This document shows positions 13,245 through 24,461 of a stretch of 64,000 nt of DNA, in pieces (within the stretch, counting starts at the first letter, position 1; each line of letters begins with the position of its first letter). The stretch comes from Selaginella moellendorffii (taxonomy: Eukaryota; Plantae; Lycopodiophyta), in NCBI RefSeq assembly GCF_000143415.4, contig NW_003314308.1, positions 620,001 to 684,000 of the forward strand. The letters are read 5' to 3'. The notes under the pieces are model-generated. The model saw only the letters and a list, made by a program, of their open reading frames with translations, ran no database searches and was not told the DNA's origin. The position numbers and the translations under genes are program-made.

Positions 13245-15542
13245 GTAATACTCCCCCTTGTGCTGCGGAAGGACGGTTGGAGTCAATTGCAGTTTCTCGT
13301 CCGTTTGAGTTGGTGGCGTTTGATCTTATGGGACCTTTTCCACGATTGACTGTTGGTAATGAGTATGTTATTATTGCTTCTGACTACTTGACTCGTTAGG
13401 TGGAAGTTGGTGCTCTTGCTAGTGCCTCTGCAACTGCTGTTGGATACTTCCTCCTCAATCGAGTGGTGTTCCAGCATTCTTGTCCAGAGCGGATTCTTTC
13501 GGATAATGGTCCTGCATTTATGGCTGAGGTATTTCATATTTTGACATCTCGGTTGGGGATACGCCACACTTTTACGAGTGCTTATTATCCACAATCAGAC
13601 GGTCTGGTGGAACGGCTCGTTCGGACATTCAAAGGGATGATTGCGAAGTATGTGAACTTTCAGCTTTCGGATTGGGATGGTTATTTGCCGTCTCTTCGGT
13701 ATGCTTATGTCACAGGGGTGCAGAGTTCTGTTGGTGCTTCACCATATAAACTTCTATATGGTCATGATCCAATATTACCAACGGAGCTGGGTTTACCTTC
13801 GCAATTGCCACGAGCTCCTGATGCTAGGTCATGGGATCAATATTTGACAAGCATTCTTCCACTTGTCCGAGCAGAGTCTACTGAACACTTAGGCCACGTA
13901 CAAGTGGGACAACAACGGCGCTACAATTCCCATCATCGTCCACCTGCGGAGTACAAAGTGGATGATTTGGTGTTAGTCCGTTTTCCCCATCTTACGGTAC
14001 ATGGTTTATCTAAGGGGCTCCTTGTGCAGTGGAAAGGACCGTATCGGGTGTTGCGGCAAGTTGGACCACAAGTTTATGAGGTTCGGCATGACGTTCAGCA
14101 AGCCGATCCTCCGGAGATTGTGCATGTGCAGCGGTTAAAACGCTTCATACAAAGGGATCAGGAGCAGTTAATACCGTCTACAGATTCACCGATGTCTCCT
14201 CTTGACGTTCCTTCAGATCCTGGCCCATCTACAAGAGAACCTTAACGGCCTTCCATTATTCCGAGAGGAGGGGATGATGTGAGGGCCAAGTGTATAGCTA
14301 CGATGCCGTATACTAATATTAGCATAGTGGGATTTTGGTAGCTGTCGGATTGGTTTTAATCCGGACCACTCGCTCCTGTATATAAGCTAGGGTTTTTAGG
14401 CTAATTGATATGCACATTTCTGTATTCCCTTTCCATATTCCATGCACTCACACAAATAATTATATTCATTAAGTATATTCATATTTCCAAATAATAATTT
14501 TTATTTAATATTTTTATTAATGAATACTTATTCTTACTTATGCCTAGGAATATATTTTGTTCTAAATATTTATATTATCAAGTTTACATTTTGTATTCAT
14601 CTAGCATTTTTTCAGCATAATTCCCTCAATTCTTGATACTATTTCAATTTAATTTTTAATATATTAAAAAATCAAAACAGTTGGCCAGGATACTAAGTGA
14701 AACAGTGAGTAGATGATGATGGTGTGGGCCCGCGCGCACCAAATGCTCCGGAACACGGGAACTGAATCATATTACGCTCATCCCTACGAGAATAAAAAAT
14801 TTCATAGCGCTGCCGTCGTCTTTGTGCTCGTTGTCGTGTCTGGAGGCATGACACGTGGCCGAGGACTGGATACGAGAGGGACATATAGTAAGAAGCAGTA
14901 AGAAGAAGAAAGACATATGGTACTGATGTTGACTTTATATGTCGTTATCTATCAGGGACTCGCAGCGAAACATGACTTTGATTTCTCATGACGTGATATG
15001 TCCTTATCAGGACGATTGCACTACATGTGTGGCATTTTACTGTTTGTTTTGTCTGTTCTACATATACCTGAAGGAGAAGTACCGTCTGCGCGCGGGCCCA
15101 CACCATCATCATCTAGTCACTGTTTCATTTGTCTCCCCATCCGCAGTCTAGAAGTGTCAGTTTTCAAGCCGACAAAAGGACGAGAGCTTCTTTTAATTCC
15201 ACTGCATTCCTGTGCTGCTGCTAGCCGAAAGATCTAACTCATCTGCGGCCCGTTCTCCCCGGCTGAGGACGAGGAGGAGGAAGCCCGCAGATCTTATACG
15301 CCTATGTGCTTAGTGGAATATTTTATTCTCATAGTTTACATTTTTGAGGACTTTTGGTGCGCGCGGGCCCACACCATCATCTGCTGCTAGTGTTGCCGGT
15401 GTTGGGTGGAAAAGAGAGATTTCTTAGCACAATTCGGTTCCAGCTTTTTCTTGTAGATCCGCCATTCCCTGCCTTCTGGCGACCTCGTAGCAAGTTTGCG
15501 GCGCCCTCAGTCTCCACGGTCTCCAGTATATCGCCGTTTGCA

Positions 15543-16494
15543 ATGGGTGGCTCATTGTCACAAGCTCGTGGTGAGTGGAGGAAGTGCCGTTGCATCCAAA
15601 TCAGCTCGAAGCTCCCATCCGGCACAGCACTGCAGGACCAGCTGTCACTTGATCTTCCCAATGGCATGCCCAAGAGCCAGCAGCTCATGGATGTCTCGAT
15701 GGCGATTGTCCCATCTCTACGGAAAACCTGCGCCAACACTGAAGTGGCTCTGGAGATCAAGAACTTCCTTCTCGGTGTGGATGACGACGAGGTAATCATC
15801 AACACCAAGGCTCTAGGATTTTACCCATACCGCTTCAAATTCCATATTAGTCCACAGCTTGGCGAGATGGAAAATTCTGCCATTGCTATATATGACTACA
15901 ATTTCCATGACGGCGCTCGTGCTAATGCCAACTCCAGCACTCTCACCACTCTCACCAAGAACAGCGAAGGTGAGCTTGGAGCTCGACTTGATTTACGGGC
16001 AGTAAAGTTCATAGTAAAGAAGACGTGGGGGCAGTCACTCCAAGAGCCAATGGACTACGAGTCCATCAGTATTGGAGCTCCAGGGAACATGGCAGAGCTT
16101 GAGTGGAAATTACTTCGCTGGAATCGCAACGGGACGGAGTATAATCCATCCAATCCACACTCTGGGCTAAGTTCCCTCGAGGTATGCTTTATTCCTTTGG
16201 ATTCCTTTCACTTCGTTTTCTTTGTAGCCGCCTTTCCGAGGAGGACGAACAAAAATCAACGTGGAAGACTTTCCTGTTATTGTGTGGCATCTGCCCGCGA
16301 GCACGGCGTCCAAGTTTCAGCTCGGGTTCAATATTCGTCTGGAGGCGGACATGCATCTCCTCTGGTACCGGAGAAGCAAATGGATGCGCCGAAGAGTCAA
16401 GGAGTACATTAGCAAGAAAGTCGAATTTTCCCATGAGTTTGTGGTCACCGATGGTAAAGGAGAACTGTCATATACTTTTGATATCGAATTTTGA
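15543..16494 (+). CDS. Unknown beta-rich, putatively myristoylated protein (hemolysin/leukocidin-like candidate), copy A; exons 15543-16181 and 16228-16494
   Basis: Starts MGGSLS; a 46-nt phase-0 GT-AG intron joins two open frames (~301 aa); conserved in five copies. A further intron near the C-terminus is possible. Confidence 0.8.
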
Positions 16495-16599
16495 TAGAGA
16501 ATGAAAACAGAAGGTCAGGGTTACTCCTTTTATCCTTTTAAGACGAGAGGTTGACTCAAAATTTGGCGCGAAATGTGTACACCCCTGGTTAGGGTTAGG

Positions 16600-17330
16600 G
16601 CTAGGGCATCCCAGGCAGGCGCGGTTCAGGCGCTTCCTCCGCACAGGCGTGCGCAGGTCTTGCTCCAGGACATGGCGGGTCTCACAGTGCGCCTTCTCGA
16701 GCTAGCGGGTAAGCACGCGTCTTGCTTCTCTTTCCTCTCCAGATCGAGACTTGGTCAATGCAGGCAACAAATCGTGGCAAGGTAGCCATCTCAAGAGCGT
16801 GGAGCAGGCATCGTGGAGGCGGTGGCGGCCAAGGACGAGGTCCTGGAGCTCACGCTGGAGGTATTCAGGCGGCCATCCAAGGAGAGGAAAACAATGGACG
16901 CCGAGGTGGACGAGCGCGTTTCCTACGCTCAAAGGATCAGCTACACCCGATTATCTTCTCGGTCAGCCCCCTCAGGAGCAGCAACGCAGCCCTACCACTA
17001 CAGCGACATGGATCTGGGCGTCTTGAAAGCTCCGGAAACCGCACCGCCACCAGCGCCATTCCTGCCGTCGCCAACAGTGAAAAAATCACCACCAAGAGAA
17101 GCAGCAGCAGGAAAGCTCACGCCCTCTCCACTCCGGTTACACTTCCCGGACTGCCTCCCGGATGGAAGCGCGGAGATCCGGTTCCACTGCCGGAAGTGGC
17201 ACCGCCAGCTCTAATTCCAACAGCACGCGCTCCAGGAGTAATCCAGGTGCCGTTCGTGCAGCTGGATCTAAACCCGGAGCTCGAGGACGACTACGCCTTG
17301 GACTCGGAGCAAAGCTCCGAGGAAGAGTGA
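16600..17330 (+). pseudogene. MED4: MED4 pseudogene (unit A)
   Basis: Deleted and frameshifted relative to the intact copy at 33256-34270. Confidence 0.85.
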
Positions 17331-17601
17331 GGAACCAAGTAAGTTGGCATTCTTTCTAAGTTCTTTGAGACTTACTTGCTAACGACGATCAAAATCAAGA
17401 AGTCTCATGTCCTACCAGGAAGGAGAACTCGATATTGCAAGTTAAAATCGAAACTTTGGGGGGAACAAATACTCGATTCAAATCCGGGGGTAAGAACAGC
17501 CTTTTCCACTTACACCAGGTCTACTTCTTAACCTTGAGCTACAGAAGCACGGACTTCACGAACGCGAAGAAAAAGCTCTCGGTTCTGCCAGAAGAGAAGA
17601 T

Positions 17602-18040
17602 CTACCGGAAGGGGAACTGCTGCCTCAGCGGTCTCAGTCGTTCTAAAACATCCGACATGATTCAAGCACATCGTCGCGATCCTGCCGAGCTCCCGCGGCA
17701 CCTTGACGTGATCCGGCAGTAGCCGGGGATCCACGACGGGGAGGACATGGTTCGTCCTCCCAGCGCGACCAACCAGGTACGTTCCCAACTACCTGAACTT
17801 TGCTGTTACTGATGATCTCCTCTAGCAGAAGACGTCCATGGCGGAGATGGTGGCGGCGCGATCGTCCAGGGGGAGACCCTCCTCGTGCTGCAAATACCGG
17901 GCGTCCTCCACCGTGGCGACCCGGTGGCGCTGCGCATCCACCTCGCCTTCACTGCCGCCAAGTGCGTCAAGACGCTCCACTACGGCCACGAGATCGTCCC
18001 CCGCTCCACAAACTTTTGTGTCGAGCGCGACTGGATCGTC
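17602..18040 (-). pseudogene. RLCK kinase 3' fragments (unit A)
   Basis: Pieces match the gene at 40092-41147 with deletions and a locally inverted segment. Confidence 0.85.
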
Positions 18041-18044
18041 ACCA

Positions 18045-19344
18045 CTTCCCCGGTCGAACGGGTCTCTGGCAGTACATCGTCTCTTTTTTTATCACGACTG
18101 GTGGATGTCTTCAGCTTGGATTTGCCACACAGGTACATACACCGTTTTTCACCTCTCCTGAAACTCAATTCTTACCGTTTCTTGTTTTTTTGCTGTGGTT
18201 GCAAGTTTCAAAGCTTCCACCCGAGATCGTCCAGTTCCACAGAGCCACCGGATTTAGATTTTGTAGTGCCTTATGTGGAGTCAGCGCTTCCGCTCGCATA
18301 TGGAGCTGTTTCATGTAAGTTCCTGGGACTCCGTGTTATCTTTCTAATGTTTTTGTTCCAGGAAATTGGACATAGATCACTTTAGGTGTGTAAGTGACTC
18401 TATCACGCAAGTTAACTGAAAAATCCAGTGCTTGGAGAAGTAACCTTTTCTTTTCATGCACCCAAACTTTGACGTTTCCATGGCAGGCCCATTGGCTGGA
18501 GGTGTCTCTCGGTTGCAATGGTGGGAGTCGGCCTTTTGCTCTCGGCAAAAGGAGCACCTGAAGGGACACTTGTCCAAGTTCCCAGTGTTGTCTTCCAAGG
18601 CTCTTTTCTCTTGGGACTCGTCAACAGGGCCGCTCTAGGATACGAGTAAGCTCTTGGTCTTTGTAATCTGTGCGTTTGAAGTTCTGTGTGGAAATTTGCA
18701 ATGCTTGCACGTGGGAACTGTTGCAGTGCATCCGCTGGTAATAGCTGGCTGGTAAGAGGATGTCACCATTGTCTTTGAAAAGCTCTTAGAAGTTCCGTGT
18801 GCTTGTTTCCTCCCAGGTGTGGACTAACGACGACTCCATTTAACTTGCTTCCAGTGGGATGTATCGACGGAGGAAGAGCTCTCCAGGTTCGTAATTCACT
18901 CAAAATCCAACTCTTGATCATGACTCTGAGTGAGTGCATACAGGCCGCATTCGGGAGCAAGGTGTTGAATATCGCTGGCTTGATCACTTACGTGCTACTA
19001 GGACTGGGAGTGGTAATCTTAGAAACGTTTAAGCCTTTCTTCTCACTCAACGTTCACGCAGTTGGGAGGTCCACTGTCTTTGCCGTGGGGTTTGTACATT
19101 ATCATCGTCCAGGTACGTCGGTTCTTTCCTTTCTTAGAGAGTTCTTACTGTCTGTTTTCCGATACAGAGATCGTCTGGGAAGGCCTGCCTCAAGGACGTT
19201 ACTGGTGTTGGCACTTGGAGGCAAATCGTCTATGCTGTGACGCTAGTGTTGGTCGTTTTGACGCTCTTGCCGTTGTGGGATGGCCTGGCCACCCAGCTTG
19301 GCATTGGCATTGGAACCCCAGACTCACTCGATCTATTTATGTGA
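18045..19344 (+). pseudogene. EGY1: 5'-truncated EGY1-like M50 metalloprotease (unit A)
   Basis: Exons encode GLWQY, KLPPEIVQF, EIGH, HPLVIAGW, CGLTTT.FNLLPVGCIDGGRALQ and GGPLSLPWGLY, which are EGY1 C-terminal motifs; frameshifts present. Confidence 0.85.
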
Positions 19345-19604
19345 AAGCTTCCAGGAGAAACGATGGGTTTTTTTTCTTTCCATTTCGCGGCAAGAAACAA
19401 TTTTGCACGCATTCGTTGACAGAGAACCTGTGTGACGAGATTGTGGTACAAGAAAATGATGTGCTTGCAACTCTGCCGATTTTGAATTCCTTTTTGGAAA
19501 TCAAAACAATTTACATTCCTATTGTCACCTTGTAATGAGTGACGCGTTTCAAGTGGAACTGGCGTCTGGCCTGCCTCAAGGTAACTTCCTCCCTTTGTGG
19601 AGAC

Positions 19605-19997
19605 ATGGACACTGTGGTTGTAGACAAGGAGCTTAATCTCAACCAGAGTTGGGACTACACAGACGCGCACGACAACATTTTCTTTCCCAGCTTTGTGAGA
19701 AACTGTCGCGGTCCCTCGCCAACAATTTACGTGTGGGGACTCCCTTCAGGTGTCACCGATGCAGAGCTCATCACTCACTTTTCCCCGCATGGCGAGATAG
19801 CTGCCACTGAGGTGTTTGCATCCGAGGAAGGGAAGCCGCGAGCACGAGTTCGATTTGCTACCAAAGAACAAGCAACCGAAGCTGTCGCTTGCAAGCAGTA
19901 CAGCGTCGTCAATGGCTCCACAATCCGGCTCGCCTTTGCGATCAATGGGAAACCAAAGAAAACGTCCAGCAGCAACGCAGCGGAGGCTGGAGACTAG
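19605..19997 (+). CDS. Small RRM-domain protein (or last exon of one)
   Basis: RNP2-like TIYVWGLP, RNP1-like RARVRFATKEQATEAV, and NGSTIRLAFA. Confidence 0.65.
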   Translation: MDTVVVDKELNLNQSWDYTDAHDNIFFPSFVRNCRGPSPTIYVWGLPSGVTDAELITHFSPHGEIAATEVFASEEGKPRARVRFATKEQATEAVACKQYSVVNGSTIRLAFAINGKPKKTSSSNAAEAGD

Positions 19998-20228
19998 CCG
20001 AAAGAGAAAGAGGTACTTCCAAGCTTTCATAAATTCAACGTGTGGACTAAACCATACCAATGACCATTTCTCCTTGGTTGCAGATGTCAACGTTTCTCTC
20101 TTGTCTCAAACAGAGAAGCTGCGAATTGGAACTTTCTACGATTATGCATCAGTGTGATGTCCATCATTTTTGACTTCGCGCAGATTAAAAGGTGTATGTT
20201 TCGTCGCACAGCCATCCGAGAGTTTGCC

Positions 20229-20571
20229 ATGGAGGGACAATCATCAAAGTATCTGATGGCTTGGCTTTTGATAGTAACGATCGAGCTCCACTTCTTGGCA
20301 GCGGGGTGTCGGCTGCTAGAGCACGAGATCACGTCTCGGACAGTCGTGGAAGCTTCGGTCTATTGCGAGATTTGCCACGAAGGGCGCAGCATCAAGAACA
20401 TAGCACTGCCTGGTCCGTACTATCTCCATCTCTATAAGTTCCTGTCGATGATCACCAGTTCTAGTGGAGTTTACATTCTCGGCATGGTTTGATCCAGGTG
20501 TTGTTGCGTTCCTGGAGTGCAATGGTGCTCGTGTCAGTGGCAGTAGCACCACGGACTCGTCCGGAAAATGA
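20229..20571 (+). pseudogene. Truncated Pollen Ole e 1-like secreted protein
   Basis: Signal-peptide-like N-terminus, VEASVYCEIC...LPG, intron, then VAFLEC...TTDSSGK ending in TGA at 20569. Confidence 0.65.
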
Positions 20572-20648
20572 TCGGTGGATGTTCCCAGCGGCTACAACTT
20601 GGAGAGGGATTGCCGAGTGTCCGTGCTCGTAAATCCGCGCTGTTTGCA

Positions 20649-21556
20649 ATGGGTGGTTCATTGTCACAAGCTCGTGGGGAGTGGAGGAAGTGCCGTTGCA
20701 TACAAATAAGCTCAAAGCTCCCATCCGGAACATCACTGCTCGACCAGCTGTCCCTTGATCTTCCCAACGAACCCAAGAGCCAGCAGCACGTGGATGTTTC
20801 GATGGCGATCCTCCCATTCCTACGGGAAAGCTGCGCCAACACCGAAGTGGCTCTGGAGATCAAGAACTTCTGTCTTGGTGTGGATGACAACGAGGTAATC
20901 ATCAACACCAAGGCTCTTGGATTCTACCCATACCGCTTCGAACTCCATATTAATCCACAGCTTGGCGAGATGGAAAATTCTCCCATTGCTATCTATGACT
21001 ACAATTTCCATGACGGTGCTCGTGCTAATGCCAACTCCAGCACTCTCACCACTCTCACCAAGAACAGCGAAGGTGAGCTTGGAGCTCGACTTGATTTACA
21101 GGCAGTAAAGTTCATAGTAAAGAAGTCGTGGGGGCAGTCACTCCAAGAGCCAATGGACTACGAGTCCATCAGTGTTGGAGCTCCAGGGAACATGGCAGAG
21201 CTTGAGTGGAAATTACTTCGCTGGAATTGCAACGGGACGGAGTATAATCCATCCAATCCACACTCTGGGCTAAGTTCCCTCGAGGTACATGTTATTCCTT
21301 TGGATTCCTTTCACTTCGTTTTCTTTGTAGGCGCCTTTCCGAGGACGACGAACAAAAATCAGCGTGGAAGACTTTCCTGTTATTGTGTGGCATCTGCCTG
21401 CGAGCACGGCGTCCAAGTTTCAGCTCAAGTTCAACATTCGTCTGGAGGCCGACATGCATCTCCTCTGGTACCAGAGAAGCAGCTGGATGTGCCCAAGAGC
21501 CAAGGAGTATATCAGCAAGAGAGTCGAATTTTCTCGTGAGTTTGCGGTTACCGATG
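20649..21556 (+). CDS. Hemolysin-like candidate, copy B; exons 20649-21284 and 21331-~21556 (3' end uncertain; frame stays open to 21753)
   Basis: Open paralog of copy A with the same 46-nt intron. Confidence 0.75.
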
Positions 21557-21649
21557 GTAATAAAAAACGAAAGTTCTTTTTCCCTTTGTCATTTAGACTA
21601 AAAGTTTGGCGCGAAATGTGTACACCCCTGGTTAGGGTTAGGGCATCCC

Positions 21650-22392
21650 TGGCAGAGGGAGGCGCGGTTCAAGCGCTTCCTCCGCACAGGCGCGCGCAGG
21701 TCTTGCTTCGAGACCAGACATGGCGGGCCTCACAGTGCGCCTTCTCGAGCTAGCGGGTAAGCAAGCGTCTTGATTCTCTTTCCTCTCAAGATCGAGACTT
21801 GGTCAATGCAGAAGGCAGCCATGTCAAGAGCCTGGAGCAGGCATCACGGATGCGGTGGCGGCCAAGGACGCGGTGATCCGCGATTTTGCCAAGCGCGCAC
21901 GCTGGAGGAATTCGAGGAGTACAGGCGGCCATCCAAGGAGAGGAAGACAATGGACGCCGAGGTGGACGTGTCCGAGCGCGTCTCCTACGCTCACAGGATA
22001 AGCTACACCCGATTATCTTCTCGGTCAGCCCCCTCAGGAGCAGCAACGCAGCCCTACCACTACAGCGACATGGATCTGGGCGTCTTGAAAGCTCCGGAAA
22101 CCGCACCGCCACCAGCGCCATTCCTGCCGTCGCCAACTGTGAAAAAATCACCACCAAAAGAAGCAGCAGCAGGAAAGCTCACGCCCTCTCCACTCCGGTT
22201 ACACTTCCCGGACTGCCTCCCGGATGGAAGCCCGGAGATCCGGTTCCACTGCCGGAAGTGGCACCGCCAGCACCAATTCCAACAGCGTGCGCTCCAGGAG
22301 TAATCAAGGTGCCGTTCGTGCAGCTGGATTTAAACCCGGAGCTCGAGGACGACTACGCCTTGGACGAGGAGCAAAGCTCCGAGGAAGAGTGA
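21650..22392 (+). pseudogene. MED4: MED4 pseudogene (unit B)
   Basis: Start ATG lost; several deletions shared with units A and C. Confidence 0.85.
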
Positions 22393-22684
22393 GGAACCAA
22401 GTAAGTTGGCATTCTTTCTAAGTTCTTTGAGACTTCCTTTGTACCCTCAGGCTAACCACGATCAAAATCAAGAAGTCTCATGTCCTACCAGGAAGGAGAA
22501 CTCGATATTGCAAGTTAAAATCAAAACTTTGGGGGGAACAAATACTCAATTCAAATCCGGGGGTAAGAACAGCCTTTTCCACTTACACCAGGTCTTGCGT
22601 AACCGACTTCTTAACCTTGAGCTACAGAAGCACGGACTTCACGAACGCGAAGAAAAAGCTCTCGGTTCTGCCAGAAGAGAAGAT

Positions 22685-23155
22685 CTACCGGAAGGGGAAC
22701 TGCTGCATCAGCGGTCTCAGTCGTTCTAAAACATCCGACATGATTCAAGCACATCGTCGCGATCATGCCGAGCTCCCGCGGCACCTTGACGTGATCCGGC
22801 AGTAGCCTCAGCCGGGATCCACGATGGGGAGGACATGGTTCGCCCTCCCAGCGCGACCAACCAGGTACGTTCCCAACTACCTGAACTTTCCTGTTACTGA
22901 TGATCTCCGCCAGCAGAAGACGTCCATGGCGGCGATGGTGGCGGCGCGATCGTCCAGGGGGAAACCCTCCTCGTGCTGCAAATACCGGGCGTCCTCCACC
23001 GTGTCGACCCGGTGGCGCCGCCGCTGTGCCTGGCGCTGCGCATCTACCTCGCCTTCGCCGCCGCCAAGTGCGTCAAGACGCTCCACTACGGCCACGAGAT
23101 CGTCCCCCGCGATCCCCGCTCCACAAACTTGTGTATCGAGCGCGACTGGATCGTC
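22685..23155 (-). pseudogene. RLCK kinase fragments (unit B)
   Basis: Matches parts of 40092-41147. Confidence 0.85.
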
Positions 23156-23159
23156 CCCA

Positions 23160-24461
23160 CTTCCCCGGTCGAACGGGTCTCTGGCAGTACGTCGTCTCTT
23201 TTTTATCACGGCTGGTGGAAGTCTTCAGCTTGGATTTGCCACACAGGTACATACACCGTTTTTCATCTCTCCTGAAACTCATTCTTACCTGGTTTCTTGT
23301 TTTTTTGCTGTGGTTGCAAGTTTCAAAGCTTCCACCCGAAATCGTCCAGTTCCACAGAGCCACCGGATTTAGATCTTGTAGTGCCTTATGTGGAGTCAGC
23401 TCTTCGGCTCGCATATGGAGTGCAACTGGTTCATGTAAGTAATCTTTCTAATGTTTTTGTTCCAGGAAATTGGACATAGATCACCTTTAGATGTGTAAGG
23501 ACTCTTGGTAGTTTCGGTGCTATCACGCAAGTTACAACCACGGTGCTTGGAGAAGTTACCTTTTCTTTTCATGCACCCAAACTTTATGGCAGGCCCATTG
23601 GCTGGAGAATTTCTGTCGGTTGCAATGGTGGGAGTGGGCCTTTTGCCTTCGGCAAAAGGAGCACCTGAAGGGACACTTGTGCAAGTTCCCAGTGTTGTCT
23701 TCCAAGGCTCTTTTCTCTTGGGACTGGTCGCCAGGGCCGCTCTAGGATACGAGTAAGCTTTTGGTCTTTGTAATCTGGGCGTTTGTTTTGATGAAGCTCT
23801 GTGTGGAATTTTCCAATGCAGTGTATTGCACGCGGGAACTGTTGCAGTGCATCCGCTGGTAATAGCTGGCTGGTAAGAGGATGTCACCATTGTCTTTGAA
23901 AAGCTCTTAGAAGTTCCGTGTGCTTATTTCCTCTCAGGTGTGGACTAACGACGACGGCTTTCAACTTGCTTCCAGTGGGATGTATCGACGGAGGAAGATC
24001 CAGGTTCGTAATTCACTCAAAATCGAACTCTTGATCATGACTCCGAGTGAGTGCATACAGGCCGCATTCGGGAGTAAGGTGTTGAATATCACTGGCTTGA
24101 TCACTTATGTGCTACTCGGACTGGGAGTGGTAATCTTAGAAACGTTTAAGACTTTCTTTTCACTAAACTTTCACGCAGTTGGGAGGTCCGCTGTCTTTGC
24201 CGTGGGGTTTGTACATTATCATCGTCCAGGTATGTCGGTTCTTTCGTTTCTTAGAGAGTTCTTACTATGTGTTTTCCGATACAGAGATCGTCCGAGAAGG
24301 CCTGCCTCAACGACGTTACTGGTGTTGGCACTTGGAGGCAAATCGTCTATGCTGTGGCGCTAGTGTTGGTCGTTTTGACGCTCTTGCCTTTGTGGGATGG
24401 CTTGGCCACCCAGCTTGGCATTGGCATTGGAACCCCGGACTCGCTCGATTTATTTATGTGA
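23160..24461 (+). pseudogene. EGY1: 5'-truncated EGY1-like fragment (unit B)
   Basis: MAGPLAG...LVQVPSVVFQGSFLLGLVARAALGYE and EKACLNDVTGVGTWRQ. Confidence 0.85.

Larger units (their letters stand above)
9627..14245 (+). pseudogene. pol: pol (protease, RT, RNase H, integrase) of Gypsy copy 1, disrupted
   Basis: VLVDTG protease; RT motifs [15 protein letters not shown] and FIDD; RNase H DAS; integrase HHCC, SDNG and WKGPY. Stops at 10731 and 13397; insertion at 12096-13244. Confidence 0.95.
8286..14452 (+). mobile_element. Full-length decayed Ty3/Gypsy LTR retrotransposon, copy 1
   Basis: 175-bp TG...CA LTRs (8286-8460 and 14278-14452; about 13 differences by hand count); 4-bp TSD CAAA; PBS TGGTGGAGGTGAGGGG (tRNA-Ala-like); PPT GAGAGGAGGGGATGA; domain order gag-PR-RT-RH-IN. 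Confidence 0.97.

Noticed and set aside
15354-16412. ORF-track proteins with the C-terminus ...RRTNKNQRGRLSCYCVASA...
   Set aside because: This is read-through of the intron into the wrong frame; it is not consistently open in all copies, whereas the spliced frame is.
20229-21539. In-frame fusion of the Ole e 1 signal-peptide exons to toxin-like copy B
   Set aside because: The Ole e 1 frame stops at TGA 20569-20571 and differs from the copy B frame.
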